A stretch of 64,000 nucleotides of DNA from Haplodiscus bocki (taxonomy: Eukaryota), in assembly GCA_965655095.1 (NCBI GenBank), contig OZ296650.1:71362001-71426000 (forward strand), read 5' to 3'. Below are positions 27,492-38,955 of this stretch, piece after piece; the stretch's first letter is position 1; every line of letters begins with the position of its first letter. The translations under genes and the position numbers were made by a program. The notes under the pieces were generated by a model. The model ran no database searches. It worked only from the letters and a program-made list of their open reading frames with translations, and was not told where the DNA came from.

Positions 27492-27706
27492 TTACGCTGA
27501 CGTGTTATATAAAATGTATATATCCCAGTGTTTCTTTTGCGATAGAGGCTTCTTCAATTCTGGAAAATCAGGAACTTGATACTGATTGCACAAGAAAACT
27601 TATTAACCTTCCACTATTACCAATTCATAGCTGTTCCAAATTAGGCAGTCCAACTTTAATTTCTTACAAGAGATAAAACTCCTTTAATTAGACATTTTGT
27701 ACTAAC

Positions 27707-27838
27707 AGTGTTGCTGTTCTTGCACGAAGTAAAGCCAAGAGGCAAATAAAACGAAGATTCAGCACTATCGTATTTTAATTTGTCAATCCAACATGTTTCC
27801 AGATCACTCTTGAATAAGTAGAAGTCTTCAACTGTCAT
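27707..27838 (-). CDS. Putative alternative first coding exon (or uORF) carrying the best-conserved eEF1B-delta N-terminal motif
   Basis: cttttag|ATCCA ATG, then MTVEDFYLFKSDLETCWIDKLKYDSAESSFY... (cf. EEF1D [18 protein letters not shown]). Phase-0 donors gttagt after 27707 or gtaaga after 27668. Confidence 0.65.
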
Positions 27839-28306
27839 TGGATCTAAAAGTGATTTATTATTTGCCGCCCAATATTTAATATATGGAAAGAAAATCATTC
27901 GTTCAACATTCAGCATTTTTATTTTCCACCAAAGTTCAATATGGGTGGAAAATCATGCACTCAACGCTTGCGCTTTTTTACGTTTATCAGCCAATTCATG
28001 AGATATAAAGAATTTTGAAAATTTTTAATGAGCAAATTATAGAAAATTTGTTGTAGAATGCGAATGACAGTAGGGTTTCTTAAAAACGTATAAAAATGGG
28101 TTTTTGGAGTCAAAAAGTTGAATTTTTGTTGAAAAGACATGAATTTTTTCAAAATTGACGAAAACGCAGCATATGTGATATAGAACGCAAATAGGAGGTT
28201 ATTATTTTTCGCAGTATATGTAATATACAAGAAAATTATTCATTCAGTAGGGTCGTTTTTCTTTTTTTTTCAGACCAAAACTGCCAACTTTTTATTCAAA
28301 AATAAA

Positions 28307-28376
28307 TGACAGCAGTGGGGCTAGGACAACAAGGTTCTCAAGTGGTAGGCTCGGGGTTCGAGTCCCTCTCGTGTCA
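28307..28376 (+). repeat. tRNA-derived (SINE-like) head upstream of the tandem array
   Basis: TGACA...TGTCA terminal pairing and B-box GGTTCGAGTCC; no canonical D or anticodon arms. Confidence 0.6.
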
Positions 28377-28399
28377 AACTTTTTTACGATTTATCCTTA

Positions 28400-29830
28400 A
28401 CAGTTTTTGATACCCGAATTAGTGAAACACTAAAGGGTTCCTTTAGGAAGTTTTTCGGCACTGTGAGACAAAAAATTTTCGACGGAAAATCTTGATACCC
28501 CCCCCCCCCCACCTCTTATCCAAACTTTTTCGATACCCGAAATTAATTCACCAGTAAAGGATTCCCCTACGGAAATTTGCGGCACTGTGAGACAAAAAAT
28601 TTTCGACGGAAAATCTTGATACCCTCCTCTTATCCAAACTTTTTCGATACCCGAAGTTAATGCAACAGTAAAGGATTCCCCTATGGAAATTTCGGCACTG
28701 AGACAAAAAATTTCGACGGAAAATCTTGACACCCCCCCCCCCCCCTCTTATCCAAACTTTTTCGATACCCGAAATTAATGCAACAGTAAAGGATTCCCCT
28801 ATGGAAATTTCGGCACTGAGACAAAAAATTTCGACGGAAAATCTTGACACACCCCCCCCCCTCTTATCCAAACTTTTTCGATACCCGAAATTAATGCAAC
28901 AGTAAAGGATTCTCCTACGGAAATTTCGGCACTGTGAGACAAAAAATTTTTGACGTTAAATCTTGATACTCCCCCCCCCCCCTCTTATCCAAACTTTTTC
29001 CCTACTGTAAATTTTCTGAAACACAGCACAGAACAGTTCACCTACGAAATTTTTCGGCACTGTGAGACAAAAAAAATTCGACGGGAAATTGTGATATTCG
29101 CCCCTTCTCTTGTCCATAACATTTTTCGATACCAGAATTTTTCGGGAACACAGAAGGGTTCCCCCTACGAAGTTTTTCGGTACTGTGAGACAACAAATTT
29201 TCTATAGAAACTCGTGATATGCCCCCTCTTATCCATAAATTTTTTTCGATACCAGAAAACTTCCGGAAAACAGAAGGGTTCCTTTACAAAGCTTTCCGTT
29301 TCGGTCCTGTGAGACAAAAAATTTCGGCAAAACCAAGATGCCTCCCTCTTATGCATGAAAATTTTCGATAAAAGAAGTTTTCTGAAACACCAAAGTGTTC
29401 TCCAATGAAATATTTCGGTACAGTGAGACAAAAACTTCGACGGAAAATCGTGATACCCCCCCCCCCCCCCCTCTTATCCATAAAATATTTTTCCCTACCA
29501 GACATTTTCTGAAACACAATGGTTCCCTGGCGAAGTTTTTTCGGTCCTGTGAGATAAAAAATTTTCGACAAAACCGTGAAACTTCCCCCCTCCTTTGCTT
29601 GAAAATTTTCGATACCAGAATTCTTTCGAAACACAGAAGTGTTCTCCTACGAATTTTATCGGCACTGTGAGACAAAGATTTTTCAACGGAGTTTAGTGAT
29701 ATCCCCTTCTTATGCATAAAATTTTTCGCTACCCGAAATTTTCTGATTCACCGAAGTGTTCCCCAACGAAATTTTTCGGTACTGTGAGACAAAAAATTTT
29801 GAACGAAAAGTCGTGATACCCCCTCTTTTG
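28400..29830 (+). repeat. Tandem array of ~12 units of ~113-128 bp (core GGCACTGTGAGACAAAAAATTTTCGACGGAAAATCTTGATACCCCC...CTCTTATCCAAAC)
   Basis: Anchor motif recurs at ~28458, 28582, 28695, 28813, 28929, 29057, 29180, 29305, 29417, 29544, 29662, 29779. Degenerate copies near 23640-23700 (+) and 24760-24930 (-). Confidence 0.92.
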
Positions 29831-30259
29831 CATAGAATATAGAAATCAGTGGTGGAATTGATGTTTGTAGAAAACTTTCGCAAACCAGATTTTAAACAGT
29901 AGTCTCGTTTTTACCTGTGGGTAAATATGTTGATCAAAAAATTTGTATTCCTGCGAAAAATATGCCGGTGCTAGCCGGCCGTCTTGTTTCTTCCTCAAAA
30001 CGTATCTGTAACAAACTTGGAGCGCGGAAAACATCCCGGTGGTAGCCGAGTGTCTAGTTTACATGAGATTTGAAAATGGCATGAACGTGCACTGTTACTA
30101 TAAATAGAATGTCATTGAATACTCGATTCTAATTGGACGACACAAAAGCGCTGGAAACCTATTACTATAAATAGCATGACGTCTCCAAATAATCGATTCT
30201 GATTAGACGAGAGAAAAAAAACGGGAAATTTTTAAGAGCAGGAAAAAAAGCGGGAAATA

Positions 30260-30416
30260 CAGTCAAATCTCGATAAGGTAATTTTTCAGGCGCAAATCAA
30301 AATTACCTTAAATGGGAAATTACGCTCTAGGAAATCTAGGAGTTGCAACGGGGAAATGCTGAATGCAGAGAAAATTACCTCATATATCGATAACATCTTA
30401 TATCAAGATTCGATTG
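30260..30416. mobile_element. Tc1/pogo-type MITE
   Basis: TA|CAGTCAAATCTCGATAA ... TATCAAGATTCGATTG imperfect TIRs; internal AAATTACC inverted motifs. Confidence 0.6.
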
Positions 30417-31687
30417 TTGCATGACGCCGTATGACTCAATGATGTATTCGAAGCAGAGGGCATGCGCGGTATGGAAGAACAAAATACCTGACAGTATCCG
30501 TCATGAAAATATATCATTTTGGTTCTAATTGAAACAATGTTCTATTTTTAAGATTTTGATGATGTACAAATTGTACAAAAAAGCTTTTCCCCAATTTATT
30601 TTTACTATTTGTTATAATTGGAAATTGCTTTAAAATGTTGCTTTGGTGAAATAATACTTGAAATCATTCAAATGTGGTATTTTTCTTGGGAACAGAAAAA
30701 ACCCTTCAAAAAATCATCACTGCCATTAAGTTATCAGGTACCACGAAATTAGGGTTTTCGTCAAATCACTCGACCCAACACTCTGGCAAAAATTGTAAAT
30801 TGAGAATTACGCTAAAATCATTGTTCGACAGCGTTTTTTTTTCAAAATTACCTTAATTAGCAAACCCTTCTGCCAGATGAGCAGATTGATTTTTTAATGT
30901 CCAAGACCATTCAATCCATTTTTTTCGATCGGCTTTAATAATACTACTATCACGCTGAATGAATAAAGCAGGCCATGAATGTAGGGAACGATTTGATGAA
31001 CTCACTCGCTTTCTTCCTTCGGCATGATCAGTATGACAGTATAAGCGAAACGCAATCACCGAGTCATATTTACTCACGTTTATTGATTGGCTCGCTATTA
31101 TCACTTGCCTACTTCGGTCTTTCCGCAATGACGTCAGAAAAATTTTGATAGTTTTGAAATATCGAGACACGAACTACTATCTCCATTTGCTATAGGACAA
31201 ATTCAACAAAAATTGATTGTTCTCAGGTCTAAACTTTGATAGTCTAGTTTTCGTTTCTGTTTTCTAGATTTTTTCATTTTTCAAATTTTGAAATTGATAG
31301 AGGAAACAATATTTATGCTCCTGAATCCCCCTCAATTTTAATGGAAAGCACTGCCTACCACTTTGTCATTCAAAATCTTCTGATTTTGAATGCTAAGCGC
31401 AGATAATTGTGACGTGGAAATTCGGATTAGTATGGTTACGCTGTGAATACGTATTCACTGTGTATGAGCCGCATAATTTTGCAGATATTGTACATTTTTA
31501 GACAGCTCACAAGATTTCTTTGAAAACTAATTCAGGCTTGTGAAGATTGCGAATTAAGCAGTGTTTATTCAACTCGAGCGTTATAAATGTCATTACATTC
31601 ACTTCGAGATACAACAACGAATACATCGAGTCAACTAAATATCATACCGTACAAAATCTATCAATTTTGTAAAAATTACACGTTGAA

Positions 31688-32725
31688 CTAATTAATTGCT
31701 TCAACTTTGGGTACCCTCTGGACGTGTTTTCGAATTTCTTGAGTAATTTCATCAGGTAACTTGCAGTTGTCGAGATCCTGGATATCTTTCGCAATACTGT
31801 CAAGCTCTAAAGTTACAGTTTTCCAAGTTTTAGCTCCACAATGCACTGACTTCATCCAAGATAGGAAGAATTTTATTGAGAGCAGCAACTTCTTGCATTT
31901 TTTTGAACCAAAAACATTTTTCAATCTTTGACAAACTGAATATAAATCTGAGAAAACATACTGGCGAAACTCTGAGGAAGATACGATAGTCCGTATATCG
32001 AGTAAAATTTGAGACTTTGACACCATTTTAAGGTAGTCTAAATGATGGTTCTCCATTCTCAATATAGTCCCCCAAATAGCCTCAGACACACTAGAGAATT
32101 TAATACTTGGATTACACAGCACACAACAGCTGTTGATTAGGTTGCACACTTCATCAGGGAGGTCAAAGAAATCTCCACAAAAAATTCGATAGGCCACACA
32201 ATACACGAAAACTATATTGCAACAATGAAAAGGTATGCAATCGGATGGTTTTCCACTGTACAGGCAGTCAAAACTTGTGACTTCAACGGAAGCACTGCAA
32301 ATTAGATTTTCTTCAGATGATCGCCACCAAACTTCCAACTTTGGTAGGAAAAGAGAAGCTTTGCCTGTGTTTAATAACTCGGAGAAAAGTTCCTTGTCTT
32401 TGAGACTCAGTTGATCGTAAATAGGAACTCCGGAATCAAGATCAATGATCCCTGTTTCAGCTCCCATTTCAGAGCGATTGTCTTCCATAGTACTTTTGTC
32501 GACAAAACTCAGTTCATTTATAAGTTTCTCCAGAGATTTGGCAGATTCAACAGTGTTGTCATTTCTTATTTCATTCAACACTTCATTTTTATAAAAATCT
32601 TCTGAACATCTGCGGTGTCCTGGCTCCTTGTAACACACTAGGGAGCAATACTCAAGATTGCATCGAGGGCACTTATAATTTGCTTGCTCTTTCAAACAAA
32701 ATTTACATATCGAGAAACTTTCCAT
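31688..32725 (-). CDS. ZNHIT2: Zinc finger HIT domain-containing protein 2, 345 aa, no intron in CDS
   Basis: N-terminal zf-HIT CKFC...YKCPRCNLEYCSLVCYK...H..CSEDFYKNEVL matches the ZNHIT2 pattern; also WW motif and KFFLSW near the C-terminus. Confidence 0.9.
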   Translation of the reverse strand: MESFSICKFCLKEQANYKCPRCNLEYCSLVCYKEPGHRRCSEDFYKNEVLNEIRNDNTVESAKSLEKLINELSFVDKSTMEDNRSEMGAETGIIDLDSGVPIYDQLSLKDKELFSELLNTGKASLFLPKLEVWWRSSEENLICSASVEVTSFDCLYSGKPSDCIPFHCCNIVFVYCVAYRIFCGDFFDLPDEVCNLINSCCVLCNPSIKFSSVSEAIWGTILRMENHHLDYLKMVSKSQILLDIRTIVSSSEFRQYVFSDLYSVCQRLKNVFGSKKCKKLLLSIKFFLSWMKSVHCGAKTWKTVTLELDSIAKDIQDLDNCKLPDEITQEIRKHVQRVPKVEAIN

Positions 32726-32889
32726 ATCTGAACCTTAAAACGCATATCACCCTAAAACTCTGATCACCAAAAACCTTAAAATAATGATCATCAGTTGTAG
32801 TCATAGATTTAGGGATTTATCAACGGGTTTCAAAACACTCCGTCCTGTCTATTCTGTCAGTTTCAACCCATCAGAATATTTTGTTTCTC

Positions 32890-34500
32890 TAGTTCGTAGC
32901 AGTCACCACAATTGCATATATCAGTTGCCGTGTACAGGGTTTCTCTTCACAAACTTTTCACCATTTTCCAGCACAGATTACTGACACTTCCTCACTACAA
33001 AAACGCGGCTCCACCTCTAGAACTTTACTTGAGATCGGTCAGTCTTCACTCTAAGGTACAAGTTCAATTCGGTCTTTTGTAAACAGATCTTTGGCAACAG
33101 ATATTCCTCCCCAGGATCCTTGTCGGGTATTTTTGTTCGAATCAGTTACATTTACCACATAAACGTCGTATTTTCATTTTAGAAGCGATACAAAGTACAG
33201 TAGGTCGTTCAACTCGAGGTATTGATAGATCGGCAGCAATTCAAAATCTTCCAGTTTTTCTTTTGAGGTTTTCCCGTTGCCCATTATCAATTCTGGAGCC
33301 CTTTTCACAAGCTCCAGTTCTCTCTGCTGTGTTCTGTTCGGTGCCCAAGCCAGGAAGCCGTTCACAAGGGTTGTAATAACGTAGCCAACATGAGCATTTA
33401 GCCGTGTGTTGTCTAGACGTGTTCGAGAATTTTTATTTGGCGGCGGGCCATTGTAACTGCCTTTTTCTTTGGTGATTGTTATCCTTCCAGGACACGCTGC
33501 TAACAATTTTCAAGCTGAGGTCCTTTCAAGTTGGATGACATGCCACCTCTTTTTCTTTAATGGAAGCAGGTTACCTCTGATGTTCAGCAAGTTGCATTTA
33601 CGAACATTCAGAGCTATTTTGTTTTCGTCGCTGCGGCTTTCGATGACATTCAAACACTGCTTTAGTGGTTACGTCGAGCAACCTATATTCAGGAAGTCAT
33701 CTGCATAGATAAAACATTAAGACAGTTGCATTCTTTCTGGAAGCTCCGTGACAAAGACCAAGAACACTTAAGGGGGTGGAATGGAGCCTCTGGGAACCCG
33801 CTCACATCGAATTTTTGGCCATAGCAGTGACCAACTATTTCCGATTCCCGACGTAAGAGGAACAAAATTCCGGCAATATCCTTCGAAGTTCTGACCTTCC
33901 AGCGTTTTGATTAGTCGTTCTTGTGGTACCCTGCCAAATACTCTACCAAAGTTTAGGTACAGCACCCTGAGCACCTTGGAGGAAGGTTCAACCACCCTCC
34001 TAGACAGGACGCCGCAGAAACTCATCAGTAGTATAGTTGCATATCTAGCTTTACAAAAACAGGACTGGTTTGGTTACACAGTTTCCTCTAGGAAGCTTTA
34101 GAGGCGCTGACTGATCACTTATTAAAACAACCTGCTGAAGTTGCTAATTCTAAAGGTCATGGTACGTTCCGGCAGAGCAGTTTCAAAGATTTAGGTAGGG
34201 CTCCACTGCAGCTTTCGAGGAGCGAGTTATCGATTGCTTCTGGCCCGGTTGCCATGTTTTCCTCCAGTTTTAAAGGACAAAGGGCGACATCATTTTCTGT
34301 TGTCATCAGGAATTTCAGCTCATTCATACTGCGTACTCATGATGGTTCTTCGTGTCGTGATTCGCGCTTTCGTTAATAACGGCTGATTGTATGGTGACAA
34401 AGCACTGGCTTTTTTTAACTCGCTCGTCATTTTAACCCTTTTTTAACGCTTGGCTACAGGAGAAAATGGCTTGCGTGGTACCTCTGGATTACGCTGAATG
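32890..34500 (-). mobile_element. Decayed non-LTR retrotransposon (LINE) ORF2, linker and RT portion
   Basis: Minus-strand fragments: ATGPEAIDN.LL (KAxGPD-like), YLNFGRVFGRVPQERLI (DFxKAFD-like), YADD near 33700, AW.P...RELELVKRA (LExVQRRA-like). Confidence 0.8.
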
Positions 34501-34512
34501 CTGAAAAGTCAG

Positions 34513-34681
34513 TATAGTCTATTGAATGTAAACTGGTAATCTAGATGGATTCGCTTGATTAGTGTTATTTGTGTCTTTCAGGCTTATATGTCTTATATGA
34601 TGTATCTAAGTAATTCACAACTATTTTATGTTACATTTGTTTTGCTGAGATACCATCTTACTTGTGGATTAAGATACAACA
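34513..34681 (+). repeat. LTR copy 1
   Basis: Direct repeat of 38787-38955 (~14 mismatches in 169 bp), followed by PBS-like TGGCGCG. Confidence 0.9.
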
Positions 34682-34716
34682 TTGGCGCGGTCAGCAACTG
34701 ATCAGAGAACCTGGAG

Positions 34717-37700
34717 AAGGCAACAGCGCTCAATTATTCCGGTCCTATTCCACCCGCCAACATGGAATGTTCCACCATGAAAGAAGAATGGCAACGTTGG
34801 ATCGATTCGTTCGAGATGTTTTCAACTGCATACAAGTTAGACAACGAAGATGATGAAGTCCAACGCGCAACCTTACTTCATCTCGCAGGTCCAGCAGCTC
34901 AGACGGTTCTTAGCAATCTTAAGGGTGACAAGACTTCCACAAAGAGTGTAAAAGTTCATCTGACCGAATTCTTTGCTCCCAAAGGAAACAAATGTGCAGA
35001 GCGATATCGATTCAATTGTCGCGTCCAACAGCCTCACGAAAGCACTGACAAGTTTGTGTCTGACTTGAGAAAATTGGGGTCAACATGTAGTTTTGCCGAC
35101 CTGGACGAGCAGATTATCAGCCAAATTTTCGAATAATGTCATAACCCAAAGATCAGAGAGAAGCTCTTGACAAAAGGAGATGGTCTAACTTTAGAAGAAG
35201 CAACGACGCTTGCTCGTACATTCGAAAAAACACAAGAAAGTGCTGCAATGATGAATTCAAGCTCTTCATCTGTATTAAAAAATATTCACAAGCAATCTAA
35301 GAAGCCATCAAGTCCTAAGTCCAAATCAAAGAAGGGCAATAATGATCAAAAATGTTTTTCCTGTGGCAAGACAGGACACTTCCCTGGTGCCCCTGAGTGC
35401 AAGGCCACGAACGTTACCTGTCAATTCTGCACGAAGAAAGGACACTTTGACCCAATCTGCAGGAAGAGGCCTGCACAAAAGTTGACTGACTGTTCAAGAT
35501 CCTGGTCATGCTTCGACGAAGCATAATATATCGGGTCAGCAGCTTTTACGAAATGGTTGGAAACATTGGCGACTTACATTCCGATTCATTGCTTGTACCA
35601 AATCGAACAAATGGAGTTGACCTACAAAAGCAAGTCGATACCAGATCAAAATTTTGTATTATACCATTATCATCCCTGATCGTAATTGGCAAGTCCAAGC
35701 ATCAAATCAAGCATGCAATGAATTACAGAGGCTATGGACAGAAGCTGCTGTCCTGTATTGGCATGTTTACGGTTAAATTAGGTTTATCTGGAAGCCACAT
35801 TAAAATCGACTTTTACGTTATGGATGAAGACGACACTCCATTAATGGGATTTCTAGCAGCTCGCGATTTGGGATTAATAGATGCAAAGATCAATTCATTG
35901 AGTATGTCTTCTGAAGCTACCGTACAAGGTTCTGAAAGCGCAACAAGGATGCCCGACATATATCAGAAGTATCCACAGTTGTTTAGTGAAACTCTTGAAC
36001 CAAGCAAAAGCTTTCGTTACGATATACAAATTGATCCGAATGCTACACCTATTGCGCAGAAAGAACGAGTTCCGGCTTATGCAGTGAAATCTTGGACGAA
36101 CGATGAAATCCAAAAGATGTTGTCTCCGGGTGTTATAGAAGAATGCACCGAAAGTTGGGGGATCAGTCCGATCCATGTAGTCGTCAAGGAATCAGAAGAA
36201 CCACGTTTGACAATCGATATGAGATTAGTTAGCAAATTTATGATCCGTCATCATTATCCTATGCCGAAAGTTCAAGATCTGCTGGCTCAATTTTCCGACA
36301 GCAAAGACTTTTCAAACCGGGATATGAGGAAAGGATACTGGCAAATCGAATTAACAGACGAAACACGTCATATTACGACATTTGCTGTTTTTGGGCGTCT
36401 CCTCAGATTCCAAAGACTACCATTTGGAACTAAAGGCGTATCTGATGCTATGGATTTACTTATCAATCTGGTACTACAAGGTTTAGACGGTTTCGCAAAG
36501 TTACAAGATGAAGTCGCCGTTCATGGAAGAACACACGAAGAACACGATAAAAGACTCTTTGCTGTTTTGGATCGTATGGCAGTATATTGCGTAACGTTGA
36601 ACAAAAAGAAAAGTGAATTCCTGAAACACGAAATTAAATTTCTAGGCCATATCGTTGGCGACACTGGTGTGAGTGCTAATCCAGGTAGAGTAGAGGCCAT
36701 AACTGATATGCCGAGACCTACAACCGTAAGTCAATTACGCTCATTCCTCAGTTCGATTAATTAGCTTTTTACAGCAGTACACCCCAAATATTGGATCTCT
36801 TCTGGAACCATTACAAAAGCTCAACAGAAAGAACACGAAGTGGACGTGGAACACAGAGCATGAAATTGCCTTCCGAAAAACAAAATCGGTCATTTGTAGT
36901 TCACCCTGTCTTACACTTTACCGAGCCGAAGCCGAGCATAGATTAGTAGTTGATGGATCACCGTGCGCATCTGGTGCAGTTCTTTTGCAAAAAGAAGGCG
37001 AAAAATGGCTACCTGTATTTTATTGTTCCCAGGTTTTCTCGGAATTGGAACAACGCTACGCGCAAATCGAACGAAAAGCATTAGCTATATATAATGGACT
37101 AACGAATTGTCATAACTACATATATGGAAAACACAGTTATGACCGACCATAAACCTTTACTTGGAGTCTTCAACATTAAGCTACGTCTAATCGTTTACAG
37201 CGCATAGTTGATCGCTGTGCCGATTACGACTTCGAGTGGATTATCCGCCCTGGTCCAGTAAATATTGCATATGCTCTTTCAAGACTCCACAAATCAGCTT
37301 CAAGCAACGTTTCAGAAAATGAAAGTGAAATAAAAGTTTTCATTAGTACGATTATGTGGTCGAAATACCTTTACGACGATTTGAACCGCAAAATTGACAG
37401 CTGAAGAATTACAACTTTTGACTGCAGCAATTCACGATGAGTGGAAAAAGCCAATTCATAAAAATAATCCTAAAACCTGGTGTCGTTTCGAAGACGAATT
37501 GACAAAATTTGAAGATGTCATAGTTAAAGACGGAGCTATTATCATTCCTGAAAGCCTTCGTCAAAATATTCTTGCCAATGCTCACAGTAAGCATCAAGTA
37601 ATTGTCCGCACCAAACAATATCTTCAAAATGCAGCATACTGGCCTGGTATGTCATCCGAGATTGAAGAAATGTGTAAGGATTGTCGCATTTGGAGACATC

Positions 37701-38770
37701 ATTTGCCACAGGAAGAATTTCACTTGTCTCCAGTTGAGTGACCCCAAGGACCATGGATATAAATCGGCATTGATATATATTCCTTCAAATTTGATCAATA
37801 CCTGACTGTACAAGAATATTATTCAAAATGGCCCGAAGTATATATATTAAAAAAAACAACTACTAGAGCTGTTATCGCATGCCTTAAGGATTGCTCTTTA
37901 CGTTTTGGAAACCCACAAAACCTTGTTTCCGACAATGGACCGCAATTTTCAAGCTTTGCATTTCGTGAACTTCATGAAAAAGTTATTATCGAACATGTTC
38001 GTTGTCCACCTTTACAAGCGCAATCAAAAGGTCAAAATTTAAGATTCCATCGCTATGTTAATCATTCATTGCGTGCTGCTAAACTGCAAGGTTTTGTTAT
38101 ACGTGAACGTTTGCCAGAAATTTTGCACATATTTCGCGCAGCACCTCACGCTGCGACTGGTAGAACACCTGCATATTTACTACAAAATCGAGAAATCACG
38201 AGAGATATTCCAACTTTCCGCTTTAAATGCTCAGATGTCGACCATGAGAAGCACCAGGCGTATATGAAAGATACACACGAAAAAAAGTTGAAATCGCCTG
38301 CACCAACTTTATCTCAAATTAAAGTAGGAGATCTGGGTTGGTCGTTTGTTCCTCCGTCAACCAAAAGTGATCCTATATTTCCTGATACAGTTTGGGTAGT
38401 AATTGGAATAAAAGGCGAGCGAGCGTACGAAATTGTTAATTCTGCAACAGGAAATAAAGTAATCGGAAATGCCTCATACTTGCGACACGTATCATTCAAT
38501 ACAGCATGCATTCCGAAACAAATCGAACCAGCTTAAAATTCTCAAGAGTTGATTCCGCCTATAACGACTGCAAGAACGAATGACGACAAAAAGCTTATCG
38601 ATGAAGTATCCAACAATCAACCAATCGACGAACTTTTATTATCTAGTCCAGTCGATCCAACTAGTGTTGAATCAGATGTTCAGACAGTAATTCCAAGTGC
38701 CGAACAACCGATTCGAAGATCTACTCGAAATAAACGAAAGCCAACTCATGTGAATGATTATGTTCAATAA
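34717..38770 (+). pseudogene. Gypsy gag-pol pseudogene
   Basis: ORF fragments 34762-35136, 35167-35526, 35508-36764, 37394-37741, 38069-38536 carry gag, PR, RT, RH and IN motifs in Gypsy order. Confidence 0.9.
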
Positions 38771-38786
38771 GATTAATTTCGGGAGA

Positions 38787-38955
38787 TATAGTGTATTGAA
38801 TGTAAACTGATACTTTAGATGGATTCGTTTGATTAATGTTATTTTTGTCTTTCAGGCGTATATGTCTTACATGATGTATCTGTGTAATTAACAACTATTT
38901 TATGTTACATTTCTTTTGCTGAGATACCATCTTACTTGTTGATTAAGATACAACA
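38787..38955 (+). repeat. LTR copy 2 (shared internal LTR)
   Basis: Preceded by purine tract GGGAGA; followed by a second PBS and a second gag start. Confidence 0.9.

Noticed and set aside
23371-28376. Functional tRNA genes at 23371-23432 and 28307-28376
   Set aside because: Only promoter-box-like motifs survive; the arms do not form a canonical cloverleaf and both sit in repeat context.
28400-29830. CRISPR array, or protein-coding ORFs in the tandem repeat
   Set aside because: Whole units repeat with no unique spacers, there are no cas genes, the context is eukaryotic, and the ORFs are repeat translations.
30437-30492. Box C/D snoRNA candidate (ATGATG...CTGA)
   Set aside because: Too short, no terminal stem, no recognisable guide sequence.
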